Shown: positions 29,139-39,429 of the stretch, one piece after another | Layout: the number at the start of each line of letters is the position of its first letter | Position numbering within the stretch: position 1 is the first letter of the stretch | DNA from: Bacteroidota bacterium | Lineage (GTDB): Bacteria; Bacteroidota; Bacteroidia; UBA8524 | Assembly (NCBI GenBank): GCA_016124735.1 | Contig: WGMZ01000031.1 | Coordinates: forward strand, 52,147-116,146 | Length of the DNA: 64,000 nt | Direction of reading: 5' to 3' | Made by a program: the position numbers and the translations under genes | The notes under the pieces: model-generated | Databases searched by the model: none | The model's input: only the letters and a program-made list of their open reading frames with translations | What the model was told of the DNA's origin: nothing

Positions 29139-30190
29139 GCCGACAAAAATGTTTTGATTTCATCCAAATTCCAGGTCATCATGCCGCTTGACAAGCCTTT
29201 TAATGCCCTTCCATGTGCAATGAGTTGAGTGGCATTCCCCTTGGTTTCAATGAACCTGATTTCTGCATAACGGAAGTATTTCTGGTATTTCGTCGGGAAA
29301 AAATCCCTTTTGAATTTTGCAATCAATTTCCAGTCTGTTCCATTCATGCTTGCATATACGCATGCGTGATCCTCATCATTCACAGGGCTAGGTTCCGTTA
29401 CCGTCGAAACAAAGTCTATTCCCCCCAAGCGAATAGCATGAAATGCGCTGCTGTTGATTTCGCACAAGGGATTTAATGATTTATTCGTTGGGTCGAAATG
29501 TTGAATCCAGTTTCTTTCTGAAGGAGAGTCCATTGGAACTATTATTCCGCCCGGCCCCGGGATCACCTCGACTGCACGATACTGCTGACTTCCTGTCCCT
29601 TCTTTGATCAGGGTAGCGAAATGGTCTCCTGTAAAATAGAGTCCCGATTCATCATCAGAATCTCCGGTTAATACCCAAAATCCATTTCGATACTCATCGT
29701 ATATGCAGCCGTGTACATGCCTGATTTCAGCAGCTTTGAATTTCCAAACCTCTCTCCAATTCACCCCATCGTTTGTGCCAAATACACGAACTTCTCCCCG
29801 ATCTGCGTTGGAAAAATATTCTCCAAAACAGGCAAATCCATCGGGTGAAATGCCCAAGTTCAACGGGCGTGAACCCTTGAAAGAGGAGAAAGTCCATTCT
29901 TCGGAAAAACCGGAATTGGAATAAATCACTTTTTTGTTTTCTACCCTCAGAAATCCATCAAGAAACGGGTAAATGCTATGTACTCCAAGACGAAGCACTC
30001 TCCGAAAAATTGCCCAATTCCCAAGGAGCTTCTCTTTCCAGGATTTGGCCCATTTGATTCCATTTTCCCTCCTACCGTTTTCATGGATCCAAACCAATCG
30101 GGTTGCCTGTGAAACTAAAATCGCTTTCCGCTCTGCATCGTAATAAAGCGGTTCATTGTTAACGTGGAAAGAAACCTTCGGTGTTTGCAT
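29135..30190 (-). CDS. Hypothetical protein (351 aa) of unknown function within the polysaccharide operon
   Basis: It shares a co-directional 4-bp overlap with the upstream gene. There is no signal peptide. It is beta-rich with Trp/Gly-rich segments and no family was recognised. Confidence 0.5.
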   Translation of the reverse strand: MQTPKVSFHVNNEPLYYDAERKAILVSQATRLVWIHENGRRENGIKWAKSWKEKLLGNWAIFRRVLRLGVHSIYPFLDGFLRVENKKVIYSNSGFSEEWTFSSFKGSRPLNLGISPDGFACFGEYFSNADRGEVRVFGTNDGVNWREVWKFKAAEIRHVHGCIYDEYRNGFWVLTGDSDDESGLYFTGDHFATLIKEGTGSQQYRAVEVIPGPGGIIVPMDSPSERNWIQHFDPTNKSLNPLCEINSSAFHAIRLGGIDFVSTVTEPSPVNDEDHACVYASMNGTDWKLIAKFKRDFFPTKYQKYFRYAEIRFIETKGNATQLIAHGRALKGLSSGMMTWNLDEIKTFLSA

Positions 30191-31128
30191 TATTTTTTAA
30201 GTTTCAATCTCCATGGATAGACCAGCATAAACGCCCAGGAAAGCATCTGGTGCATAGTCAAAGCGAGATGCTTATAGAAGGGCAATTTTACCGGATGGCG
30301 CTCGTAACCATTTTTAAAAATGAAACCATTCACTTTTTGAATCATGGCTATCTGGTAATCGCTAAACTCCTTTTCCCATTTGCGGGTATTCGATGTTAAT
30401 AAAGGACCAAAGGTTTCCTTTTTCCAGGAAACCTCATGTGCTGAAACCAGCTCCTTCGCACTTTCTGAAAAGGCCAGCATAGCCGGGTCATAATCTACTC
30501 CAACATGAACGCATATTTGCTTTAACGTTTCCTCTGCATTGCCAATCAAGGTTTCATAATTCAATTCCAGATAGGCTTCACCAAAGTATTTTTTTCCCAA
30601 ACGACGGCCTCTTGGCATTTGCGCCCGATAGATATAGGCATGAAGAAAAAAGGGCCAGGATTTCGACCAGTCTGCCTTGGTGCGACTCAGAACCACATCT
30701 CTTGGATCGCGCATCAGGTGGATGACTCTGGCATCCGGAAAAAAGTGCTTCAGTTCGCTGACAAAGTCCATATTTCGCGGGTCCTTATCGCCCAAATGAT
30801 GCTTCTGTTTTTCATCCAGGTAAGCCTTTGCCAATGCATTGAACCAGCTCATTTCAGATTCAAGTTCATCATCCGGCAAGTTGTCACTTATTTGGACTTC
30901 GCTAATTTTCGCCCTCTTAAAATCATCGTCTTCTCTTAAAAGAGATAGAATTTCCTCCCTCGTTAACCCATTAAAGGCCTGTTTAATGATATATTTTCTA
31001 AAAAAGTGCGTTTCCGGAAGAAAAGCAATATCCGGATGTGCATTCAGCATGCTTTGCAAAAGACTCGTCCCTGATCTTCCTACTCCAAAAATGAAAATTG
31101 GCTTATTTATTTTCTGCATACCAGGCAC
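30190..31128 (-). CDS. Sulfotransferase-family protein (PAPS-dependent)
   Basis: The 5'-PSB loop is FIFGVGRSGTSLL and the 3'-PB motif is LMRDPRDVVLSR. The length is 312 aa. Confidence 0.8.
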   Translation of the reverse strand: MPGMQKINKPIFIFGVGRSGTSLLQSMLNAHPDIAFLPETHFFRKYIIKQAFNGLTREEILSLLREDDDFKRAKISEVQISDNLPDDELESEMSWFNALAKAYLDEKQKHHLGDKDPRNMDFVSELKHFFPDARVIHLMRDPRDVVLSRTKADWSKSWPFFLHAYIYRAQMPRGRRLGKKYFGEAYLELNYETLIGNAEETLKQICVHVGVDYDPAMLAFSESAKELVSAHEVSWKKETFGPLLTSNTRKWEKEFSDYQIAMIQKVNGFIFKNGYERHPVKLPFYKHLALTMHQMLSWAFMLVYPWRLKLKK

Positions 31129-32944
31129 TTAAAAAGAGTAAACGGTAAATTTTAAATGTATTATTCGCCTTATTAGCAAAGTGATCGTTAATGATGTCCT
31201 GAAGTTTTTCGCGATTCAGTCGCTCAGTTAACCCCTTGTTATAAAAGTATTTCATGATTCGCTCCGGGCCAAGATTACCGATTTTTTTATCCAATGGTGG
31301 ATGAAACCCGGCTTTTCTGCGATCAACTAATTCCTTTGGGATTCTGGAAACAAGTACATCATACAAAGGAATTTTTCTTCTCTTCAGAGTAATGAGTCGG
31401 CTATCCGGTTCTGCCAGGGTATTCTCCAGAAGCTCAGGAGTGGCTAATGGAACCCTCAGTTCAATGCTTGCCTGCATACTGGATTTATCTGCCACCATGA
31501 AATTATGACTTAGAAAGCCCTGAACATCCACAAGCATCGCTTTTTTCACGGAGCTGAAATGCCGGTAAGGAGCATGAATAGCCTTTACATCATTTTGATA
31601 TCTCTTCAAGTCTTCTCCATTTGAAGTCAGGGCTTCAATTTCTGCATTGGAAAATGGAGTCAGCAATGCCTGATACGACTTAGAGAAAGAATTCTCTCTA
31701 AAAAAATTACTAAAACGTTCCAGCTTTTTAGAGAAGAACTTAGATCGTTTCATCAGTGGTTTTGCGAGAGGCCACACAAATCTGCCCAATTTGGTAACGA
31801 GTAAGAGCTGGTAACGCGGATAACCGGCAAAAATTTCATCTGCTCCCATTCCACTCAGCATGACCGTACACCCTCTTTTTCTTGCTTCAATGGAGATATG
31901 CTTCGATACAGAGAAGGTAAAATCTGCAATCGGCTCTTCGACCAAACGGGCCACTTCTTCCACTGAATTTAAAAATGCTTCCGGACTATCTTCTTCTACT
32001 GCCGGAGGTAACTCAATCAGATCGACCTTCAGCTCTTTTGCGATTTTTCTTCCATAATCCAGGTCGCTGGTAAATCCGGATTCCTTCACTTCCTCCTGAT
32101 TTTCGCTCAGTATCATCGTTGTGGTTTCCGTCTCCATGGAGGATAATATCAGGCTCGAGTCCACACCACCGCTGAAAAACAACCCAACAGGCACATCACT
32201 CAGCAAGTGATTTGAAATGCTCTTGTCAAGAACCTCATCCCAGGAAGTTGTTCTTTTCACAGCTTGAGCAGTCCAATATTCGGTAATGGATGGGTTCGAA
32301 ATTTCATTTTTCAAATCAAATCCAATCCAGTTTCCAGGAGCAACTTTATGTGTATGATTAAAACCGGTACGCGGTTCATATAAAAATCCAGCCGACAAGA
32401 AATCTGTCCAGACCTTCGGATCAATTTCCGGTTTCTTGCCCAAAACCTTCCAAATTGCTTTGAGCTCGGAAGCCCAAATCAATTGACCATCCCAGTAATA
32501 ATAATACAGAGGTTTAATTCCTAATTTATCCCGGCATAACCAAAGCTTCTGTTCAACTGTATCGTAAATTACAAAAGCGAACATGCCCTGGAAATCTTTG
32601 AATCCCTCGGTGCCGAATTCAATAAAGTATTTGAGCAGAACTTCTGTATCAGAACTTGTTCTGAAGTTGTGACCCTTTGCGGACAATATTTCCTTCAGCT
32701 GGAGAAAATTGTAAATCTCGCCGTTGAAAGTCAGGATATAGCGTTCATCTTCGGAGAAGAAGGGTTGATTGGATCGGGGATCCAAATCCAAAATGCTCAG
32801 ACGAACATGTCCTAATACAACATGGTGGTCGGCTGCCGTAAGCTCATGGTAATTCTGAAAATCCGGCCCCCGATGAAGGATGCTTTGAATTCCTGCCTCA
32901 ATATTCAGGCTATTATTAGAGATATATCCTACTACTCCGCACAT
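31103..32944 (-). CDS. Asparagine synthetase B-like glutamine amidotransferase (WbpS-like candidate uronate amidotransferase)
   Basis: The N-terminus MCGVVGY carries the Ntn nucleophile Cys2. A PP-loop SGGVDSS is present and the length is 613 aa. Confidence 0.85.
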   Translation of the reverse strand: MCGVVGYISNNSLNIEAGIQSILHRGPDFQNYHELTAADHHVVLGHVRLSILDLDPRSNQPFFSEDERYILTFNGEIYNFLQLKEILSAKGHNFRTSSDTEVLLKYFIEFGTEGFKDFQGMFAFVIYDTVEQKLWLCRDKLGIKPLYYYYWDGQLIWASELKAIWKVLGKKPEIDPKVWTDFLSAGFLYEPRTGFNHTHKVAPGNWIGFDLKNEISNPSITEYWTAQAVKRTTSWDEVLDKSISNHLLSDVPVGLFFSGGVDSSLILSSMETETTTMILSENQEEVKESGFTSDLDYGRKIAKELKVDLIELPPAVEEDSPEAFLNSVEEVARLVEEPIADFTFSVSKHISIEARKRGCTVMLSGMGADEIFAGYPRYQLLLVTKLGRFVWPLAKPLMKRSKFFSKKLERFSNFFRENSFSKSYQALLTPFSNAEIEALTSNGEDLKRYQNDVKAIHAPYRHFSSVKKAMLVDVQGFLSHNFMVADKSSMQASIELRVPLATPELLENTLAEPDSRLITLKRRKIPLYDVLVSRIPKELVDRRKAGFHPPLDKKIGNLGPERIMKYFYNKGLTERLNREKLQDIINDHFANKANNTFKIYRLLFLSAWYAENK

Positions 32945-34035
32945 TAGTTATTGCCTACTATTTCAATAAATTTTCGATTCCAATCGGTCGAATTAAACTC
33001 TTTCGATCTTTCGTATGATTGCTCACCCATTTCTTTCAACATGGCTTGATTGTTCACCAATTTCCGCATTACATCCGCCAGACCCTTATTATTTTCTATA
33101 GGCACCAAAAAGCCATTCCGACCCTCTTCAACCAATTCGTCGAGAAAGCGCCACCTTGTGGTCACAATTGGTAAGCCCGCTTCCATTGCTTCAATCAAAG
33201 CACCCGGATATCCTTCACCTTTCCAAAAAGATGGATACACAAAGGCATCGGCTTGCAGTAATTGTTTTCCAATTTCGGCATGTGGAAGTTCTCCAAGATA
33301 CTGGATGGTTGGTGTCTGCTCCAGCTGCCTGAGAATAGTATCATCGGTGCATTTTCCTATCACCTTTACAATAAAATCCGCCTCTTGCTTCGACAGAATC
33401 ATGCAAGCTTCGACCAAAACCTGTATCCCCTTTTCTTTTTTTACATGACCGACATAGACAAAGGTGGTTTTATCGGATGGCAATTTTTCTTCCTTTCGCA
33501 CTAATTTGTTTGCTGGCCGAGACGTTGGAAACCATTCAATATTCTCAACAGATCCTATGTTCTCTTTCCAAAAAGTGATTAAGCCCTTTGTTTGTAGCAG
33601 AATTCTATCAGAGGACCCTAGCCGTTTATAGTACCACTTATGCAGAGGTTTCGCCTCACAATAAAGGTCCAAGTCGCTGCCAAATAAGCGAATTTGAAAT
33701 TTTCTCTTAAAAATCCGTGCCATTGCAAAAAACACTATTCCCCATGGCCCCACCCTTTGTGGGTTTGCATGGAATGAAATAATCTGATAGAAAGGAATCG
33801 ATAGTAGTATTTGAAAGAAAAGTTTAATCTGCAAAAGCATATTGGCAAATCTGCCCGGCAACACCCTCAAGCTAATCAGACTAAAGTCCAGGTTACTTTT
33901 TTCTATGTCTTTGAGCAGAAGATCAAAAGACACCCGCGTTCCTCCCAGAGGAGGTGGCAATGGACCTATTAAAAGGATACGCTTTTTTAGCTCAGCCATT
34001 TTTCTTTCCAGGTTTGGAAAATATACAAATGCCAA
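32944..34035 (-). CDS. Glycosyltransferase family 4
   Basis: The C-terminal half of the GT-B fold carries FVYPSFWKGEGYPGALIEAMEAGLPIV (EX7E). Confidence 0.75.
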   Translation of the reverse strand: MAFVYFPNLERKMAELKKRILLIGPLPPPLGGTRVSFDLLLKDIEKSNLDFSLISLRVLPGRFANMLLQIKLFFQILLSIPFYQIISFHANPQRVGPWGIVFFAMARIFKRKFQIRLFGSDLDLYCEAKPLHKWYYKRLGSSDRILLQTKGLITFWKENIGSVENIEWFPTSRPANKLVRKEEKLPSDKTTFVYVGHVKKEKGIQVLVEACMILSKQEADFIVKVIGKCTDDTILRQLEQTPTIQYLGELPHAEIGKQLLQADAFVYPSFWKGEGYPGALIEAMEAGLPIVTTRWRFLDELVEEGRNGFLVPIENNKGLADVMRKLVNNQAMLKEMGEQSYERSKEFNSTDWNRKFIEIVGNN

Positions 34036-35888
34036 AGTTTTCGTTCACTGAGATTTTCACCCGCAAGAAAGCGATCACGGTAATGGATAATCTCGGGAAC
34101 ATTAAAATAGGCAGAATCCAATTTCTCCTCATTTATCACATCCATAAGCGTGGCCTTCAATGGCCCTCTCAACCATTCTGCGAGAGGAACAACAAATCCT
34201 TGCTTTGGCTTATCAATCTGTTTCTTATCGATCAAATCCCAGACAATTCTTTTGAGCAGATATTTTCCAGTTTGTTCATTTATCTTGAGATGATTACTTA
34301 GAGCAAAGGATTCCTCAATTATCCGGTAATCGAGTAGCGGCTCCCGTCCTTCGATGGAGAACCACATGGTTGAACGATCTACCTTGGTCATAATTTGATC
34401 CGGCAAATGTGTTCGGACATCCGTGAAGAGCATATCGGCCAGTGGATTTCCTGAACGAAGGACATTTTTAAATCGTCCAGGCTCGTCGCCTTCGATATGC
34501 ACCCATTTATTAATTTCTTCGTCCGAAATATATTTCGAGATTCCCCGCAGAATATCTACAATGTCTTTTTGTTTCAGAAGACTTTTAATTTTCCTGATTC
34601 TACCCAGCGGATTTCGTTTTCCCACCAATTTTTCCGCAACTGAATCAGGCATTAGCAGCGCCACTTCGCAACCCAGGATGTAAATTAAACGAAGCGGGGA
34701 ATTACTCATTTTATGAATCTTGAGCGCCCATTTGTGTTTATCGTACCCACCAAAAATTTCATCACCTCCATCAGCAGAAAGGACTACCTTCACTTTTTCA
34801 CTTGCCAGTTCACTAACCATCATGGTTGGTATTGCACTTGGATCACCAAATGGTTCATCAAACAGAAATGGAATATCCTGCAAGTATCTCAAGGCATCCT
34901 CTATGGCACAAACACGACTTGAATGCGTCGTTCCGAAATGGGCAGCGATTTTTTTTGCATCATCTGACTCATCAATTTTTTTATCCTGAAACCCTATGGT
35001 AAATGTTTTAAGGTCTTCCCTCTTTTCTGAGAGTTTTCCCACCAATAAGGTGCTATCATATCCACCACTTAAAAATACTCCAACAGGCACATCCGCAATC
35101 ATCCTGTAGTTGAATGCTGAATCAAATAATTGATTAAAAGTCTTTACTCCTTTTGATTCATCATGTATCGCATGTTTTTTAAGTTCTGACAGCGCATTTT
35201 CTTTGAAATGCCAGTATTCAGTGTCATTCGTTTCGAAACCGTTTAAGTTCAATTCGAGGTAATGCCCGGGAGAAATTTTATGAATTCCTTTATATATACA
35301 GAGATGTCCCGGAACATACCCGAATTGCATGAAATCTTTAATGGCCCGAGGATTCAATACCGGCTTGAATTCCGGGTGACCAAAAAAAGTTTTTAATTCT
35401 GAGCCAAAATAGAAATTCCCCTCATTCCATCCATAATACAACGGCTTAACCCCCACCCTGTCGCGAACAAAGAACATTTTACCTTTCACCTTATCTAACA
35501 AGGCAAATGCAAACATTCCATTCAGATGATGGACAAAATCAATCCCATAAGATCCATACAAGGCCAACAATACTTCCGTATCAGAATTTGATTGAAACGG
35601 GTATTTCGCTTCTTTCAGGAATTCATCTTTAAGTTCCTGATAATTGTAAATCTCTCCATTGAAAACAATTACCACCGATTTATCGTGGTTATACATAGGT
35701 TGGTTGGCCACTTCAGACAAGTCGATTATCGAAAGGCGTTTATGAACCAATCCTATGTGATGATTTCCGACAGTCTCAATTTGAATCCCCGTGCTATCCG
35801 GACCGCGGTAGTCAATGGCTTTTCCCATCGCTTCCATGGTAGATTCTGTGACAATTGACTTACTAAGTAATCCTGAAAAGCCGCACAT
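33987..35888 (-). CDS. Asparagine synthetase B-like glutamine amidotransferase (second copy)
   Basis: The N-terminus MCGFSGL carries Cys2. A PP-loop SGGYDST is present and the length is 633 aa. The gene overlaps the downstream GT4 by 49 bp. Confidence 0.85.
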   Translation of the reverse strand: MCGFSGLLSKSIVTESTMEAMGKAIDYRGPDSTGIQIETVGNHHIGLVHKRLSIIDLSEVANQPMYNHDKSVVIVFNGEIYNYQELKDEFLKEAKYPFQSNSDTEVLLALYGSYGIDFVHHLNGMFAFALLDKVKGKMFFVRDRVGVKPLYYGWNEGNFYFGSELKTFFGHPEFKPVLNPRAIKDFMQFGYVPGHLCIYKGIHKISPGHYLELNLNGFETNDTEYWHFKENALSELKKHAIHDESKGVKTFNQLFDSAFNYRMIADVPVGVFLSGGYDSTLLVGKLSEKREDLKTFTIGFQDKKIDESDDAKKIAAHFGTTHSSRVCAIEDALRYLQDIPFLFDEPFGDPSAIPTMMVSELASEKVKVVLSADGGDEIFGGYDKHKWALKIHKMSNSPLRLIYILGCEVALLMPDSVAEKLVGKRNPLGRIRKIKSLLKQKDIVDILRGISKYISDEEINKWVHIEGDEPGRFKNVLRSGNPLADMLFTDVRTHLPDQIMTKVDRSTMWFSIEGREPLLDYRIIEESFALSNHLKINEQTGKYLLKRIVWDLIDKKQIDKPKQGFVVPLAEWLRGPLKATLMDVINEEKLDSAYFNVPEIIHYRDRFLAGENLSERKLWHLYIFQTWKEKWLS

Positions 35889-35944
35889 ATAAGTTAATTA
35901 TTGAATTCGGTTTTGTTTGTTATCTTTTGCTTTGATTGAAAAAA

Positions 35945-37081
35945 TTATAACCCTGCCCGTTTAATTACTTCGAATAAATCTTGAGCAGCCAGGGATTCAT
36001 GGTAATAATATCCTCTTTCGATGCGCTCCTTTTCCATTAGCTGCCTGTCCTCCTCAAGAGTTAATTCCATTGCATTTGCAAGGGCATGGAAATCATCCAC
36101 CTGAACGAGTCTTCCATATTTTCCGTTCTCCAGAATTTCTGTTGGCCCGGTTTTGCAAGCAGTGCTCACAACAGGAACTCCTGTTGCCAAAGCTTGAATC
36201 AATACATTTGGAAGTCCCTCATAACGGGATGACAATACAAAAAGGTCTGCCTTGTGCAGATAAGGCAAAGGGTTAGAAACATAGCCCTTGATTGTGACAT
36301 ATTCTTCTAAACGCAATTCGTGGATAATTTTTATTATCTGAAGGTAATAAGCATCCTCCTTATTGTATTCTCCAAGTATGGTGAGGTGAATATTCTTAAA
36401 TTTATTTCTAAGAAGGTCCAGACTTTTAAGCAACATATCGAAGCCCTTTTGAAAATCCATCCGACCAATCGCCACTATATTCTTTTCCGCCTTTGGGAGT
36501 CCTTCCTTTACAGTTTCCTGCATAAGTATTTTGAAATCCTCTCCTATGACAGGATTTCTAACAAGCAGGACTCTATCTTTTTTCAATGAATAGAAAGATG
36601 CTATCTCTTGCACCATTTCTTCGGAAACAGAAATGATTCCCGAATAAAAACGGAATAAAATTCTTGCAGCAAAAATATGCACCCGCACACTGAATCGAGC
36701 GCTTTCCCAAGCTTGTTTGGGCGCAATAGCCTCCCTGAAAAATATCGGAATCGAACTTCCAGAAAAAATTTTCGCCAAAGCAATGACATTTCCTGCATTG
36801 TGGAGCGAGGTAATGACACAATCAAATTTCTTCAATTTTAGAAATTTGAACCAATCCGGAAGGGTTTTAAGAATGTTGCTGCGCTTTAAACGAAGTACCT
36901 CAAACTTATCCGACAGTTCGGTTTTAAGAGCTCCTCCTTCCTGGCCAATAACCAGACTTACCCGGTAATGTTCCGACAGGATATTTGCGTACTTTATCAG
37001 GTTCTTTTCTGCCCCACCTCCCGCCATTCTCGGCAGAAATATGGCGATACGTCCTGTGTTCATTCTATGATTCATTCGCAA
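35945..37081 (-). CDS. Glycosyltransferase family 4
   Basis: The protein has a GT-B fold with C-terminal LSSRYEGLPNVLIQALATGVPVV (EX7E region). The true start may be an internal Met. Confidence 0.75.
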   Translation of the reverse strand: MRMNHRMNTGRIAIFLPRMAGGGAEKNLIKYANILSEHYRVSLVIGQEGGALKTELSDKFEVLRLKRSNILKTLPDWFKFLKLKKFDCVITSLHNAGNVIALAKIFSGSSIPIFFREAIAPKQAWESARFSVRVHIFAARILFRFYSGIISVSEEMVQEIASFYSLKKDRVLLVRNPVIGEDFKILMQETVKEGLPKAEKNIVAIGRMDFQKGFDMLLKSLDLLRNKFKNIHLTILGEYNKEDAYYLQIIKIIHELRLEEYVTIKGYVSNPLPYLHKADLFVLSSRYEGLPNVLIQALATGVPVVSTACKTGPTEILENGKYGRLVQVDDFHALANAMELTLEEDRQLMEKERIERGYYYHESLAAQDLFEVIKRAGL

Positions 37082-37115
37082 GGTCTTCGGTGGAATGGCC
37101 TATAAATAATTCTTT

Positions 37116-38297
37116 TCATTTTGGGTCGATGTCGACACTCTTGTGATTAAGCCTGTAATTTCCGTATAGTAAGATCGGCAACATGATCGTTGTGAAATTA
37201 AAACTCAATCCAGACGCAATAATCAATACCAGACTAAGATTAAAAATACCCGATATATATTTACGAAGCACAAAAATTGAAAGAATCAATCCAATGATTC
37301 CCCCTCTGTACAAAGTATCAACCCAAAAGGTATCTCCCAAAAATATACCGTCAGGTTGTTGAAAACCATATCCAATCCATGGATTCGATTCAATACTGCG
37401 AATCGTTTCGTAATTCAACAAATCATGATTGGAAGCATCATACCTTGAAGAATATCCTTTTGAAATCAAATCAGCAAATCCACTGTACCCCGCATTTTCC
37501 AAAATTGAACTGAAAATTGGACCTATAAAAATAGCTGCAACCAAACCCACCCAAGGTAAAATAAGAAACGCCCGAGTTCCCTTTCCAACCAGTCTGTAAT
37601 AACTGTAAAGGAGCAATAAAATGAGTCCTATATAATACGCTTTGGAAAGTGTAAAAATTCCTAAAACAGCAGCGGCACCAAACCATCGCCATTTCTTCAA
37701 GCTGGCAAAGAAAAATGCCGTATAAAGGGAAAAGGCTGACAAATAAAGTGGAGTAAAGAAAACTCCGGTTTTTCGAGTGATCGTGCCATACCAATCCAGA
37801 GAATCTGATAAGTTAACACTCCTCGCATCTGAGAAATAATATTCTTTCAATAGCTCCACCGATTCCTTTGGATAGAATTCCTGATACAATACGGCCAAGC
37901 AATTCAGTACTACCATTATCTTAGAAAATCTTTCAAGGACAGGTAAGATAATATCTGATTGGTTTTCGTAGTAAAATAAAAAAACAAGAAAGGCTACATG
38001 TCCCAGTATTGGGATGTATGGAATTTTAGCAAAACCCGTTAAAGAGGAAAACAGGTACAATACAAACAAGCATATATATAGAAATTGTCCGGTTTGAAGC
38101 CGTTTTCGTTCTAAGATTTGCCATAATAAAATGAAAGGGAAAATGACATAGTAATTTGAAATAGCCAGATCTGATATCTTATACGGAGGTGCACCCAGAA
38201 TAATGCAAAGAATTAATGCAAGGCTAGAAATCCGATTAAAACGATAAAGGATTATACTGTAAATGGAGAGAACAAAAACAAAAATGTTAACCAGCAC
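37116..38297 (-). CDS. O-antigen polymerase/ligase-like polytopic membrane protein (Wzy-type candidate)
   Basis: The 393-aa protein has about 10 TM helices and a larger periplasmic loop near the C-terminal third. It sits in a Wzx/Wzy-dependent locus context. Confidence 0.55.
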   Translation of the reverse strand: MLVNIFVFVLSIYSIILYRFNRISSLALILCIILGAPPYKISDLAISNYYVIFPFILLWQILERKRLQTGQFLYICLFVLYLFSSLTGFAKIPYIPILGHVAFLVFLFYYENQSDIILPVLERFSKIMVVLNCLAVLYQEFYPKESVELLKEYYFSDARSVNLSDSLDWYGTITRKTGVFFTPLYLSAFSLYTAFFFASLKKWRWFGAAAVLGIFTLSKAYYIGLILLLLYSYYRLVGKGTRAFLILPWVGLVAAIFIGPIFSSILENAGYSGFADLISKGYSSRYDASNHDLLNYETIRSIESNPWIGYGFQQPDGIFLGDTFWVDTLYRGGIIGLILSIFVLRKYISGIFNLSLVLIIASGLSFNFTTIMLPILLYGNYRLNHKSVDIDPK

Positions 38298-38385
38298 GCG
38301 CTATATTAAATTTATTCAGAAATAAATAAGGACGTACCATTAGAGGCCCCGCCTTGTTTCAGGAATTTGGGTAGTAGTGCTTCTG

Positions 38386-39429
38386 CTATCCGGAAAAATC
38401 ACCAAAGTAAAATTCCGCGATTTTGGGATATAATCGAAATGTTTGAAGAATGTATTGATAGTCGTATGAGTTTTTATTCAACTCCAATGACTTTTTGTAC
38501 TCACCATAGTGAGTCAGGTATTTATCCTTACTGACAACCGGGTTTAATTGGTAGTTAGGACTCACTTCCAGTATGAGTGGTTTGGTCGATAAATCATCGT
38601 TTTGCCAGGCAATATCGAAAGCGCCAGTAACCATTTTCAATTTTCTAAACTCCTGAAGGATAAATGCTCGCCAGTTTTCAGGGAAAGAAACAAAATCAAC
38701 CTTGGACCCATGACCAGTTGAGGTCGGCTTCCATTCATCTGCCAGGTTAATACGCCAATAATGATGTACAATTTCGTTCCCAGTTAGAATAACTCGTAAG
38801 TCTCTTCGCATATTCAGTAATTCCTGAATTAGAATCGCATCATTCCTTTTCAGGTAATCATCATTTAATAAGGATAGAAGCTCCTCCTTGTTGTTGACTT
38901 TATGGACTCCTTTGGCACTGGCAGAATGCACTTCTTTTAATAGGCATGGATATTCAAGAGCTTCCAGATCAATCTCCTCAATGGTATGGAAGCTTTGTGT
39001 TTGAGGCGTGCTGATATTCAAGCGGCGGAATTCATTGGACATATGCGTCTTATTCTCCCAAAACAATGCTTCGTTTAATTCAGGGATTACTTTATTTCCC
39101 TGCTCTTTAAGCTGCTCGATGATAAAGCAAAGATTTTTCGAATAGTTGGCAAACTTCTGTCTATTCAAATAGCCGCGATCATAACTCATTATAATCGTAC
39201 AATTCTTCAGGCGCCCAATATCTTCTCCTTTAAAAACCGTATATGGAATGTCCATTTCAACCAAGGCTTTCTCCCAAGCAAAATCATTCACCGCCGTATC
39301 AGAAAACCAATACCTCCATCCCCGATTCGGCTTCCAGATAACAACATCCGCATTCGCAAACCTCTTCCGGGAAGAGAGGGTCAATAAAGCCCACAAGCGA
39401 AATAATTTTTTAATTAATTTCTTCATCAC
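38386..39429 (-). CDS. ATP-grasp-fold ligase (candidate amide-bond-forming enzyme)
   Basis: The central region YPCLLKEVHSASAKGVHKV ... ILIQELL ... DLRVILTGNEIVHHYW follows the ATP-grasp pattern (Lys, acidic and Arg residues). No signal peptide is present. Confidence 0.55.
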   Translation of the reverse strand: MMKKLIKKLFRLWALLTLSSRKRFANADVVIWKPNRGWRYWFSDTAVNDFAWEKALVEMDIPYTVFKGEDIGRLKNCTIIMSYDRGYLNRQKFANYSKNLCFIIEQLKEQGNKVIPELNEALFWENKTHMSNEFRRLNISTPQTQSFHTIEEIDLEALEYPCLLKEVHSASAKGVHKVNNKEELLSLLNDDYLKRNDAILIQELLNMRRDLRVILTGNEIVHHYWRINLADEWKPTSTGHGSKVDFVSFPENWRAFILQEFRKLKMVTGAFDIAWQNDDLSTKPLILEVSPNYQLNPVVSKDKYLTHYGEYKKSLELNKNSYDYQYILQTFRLYPKIAEFYFGDFSG

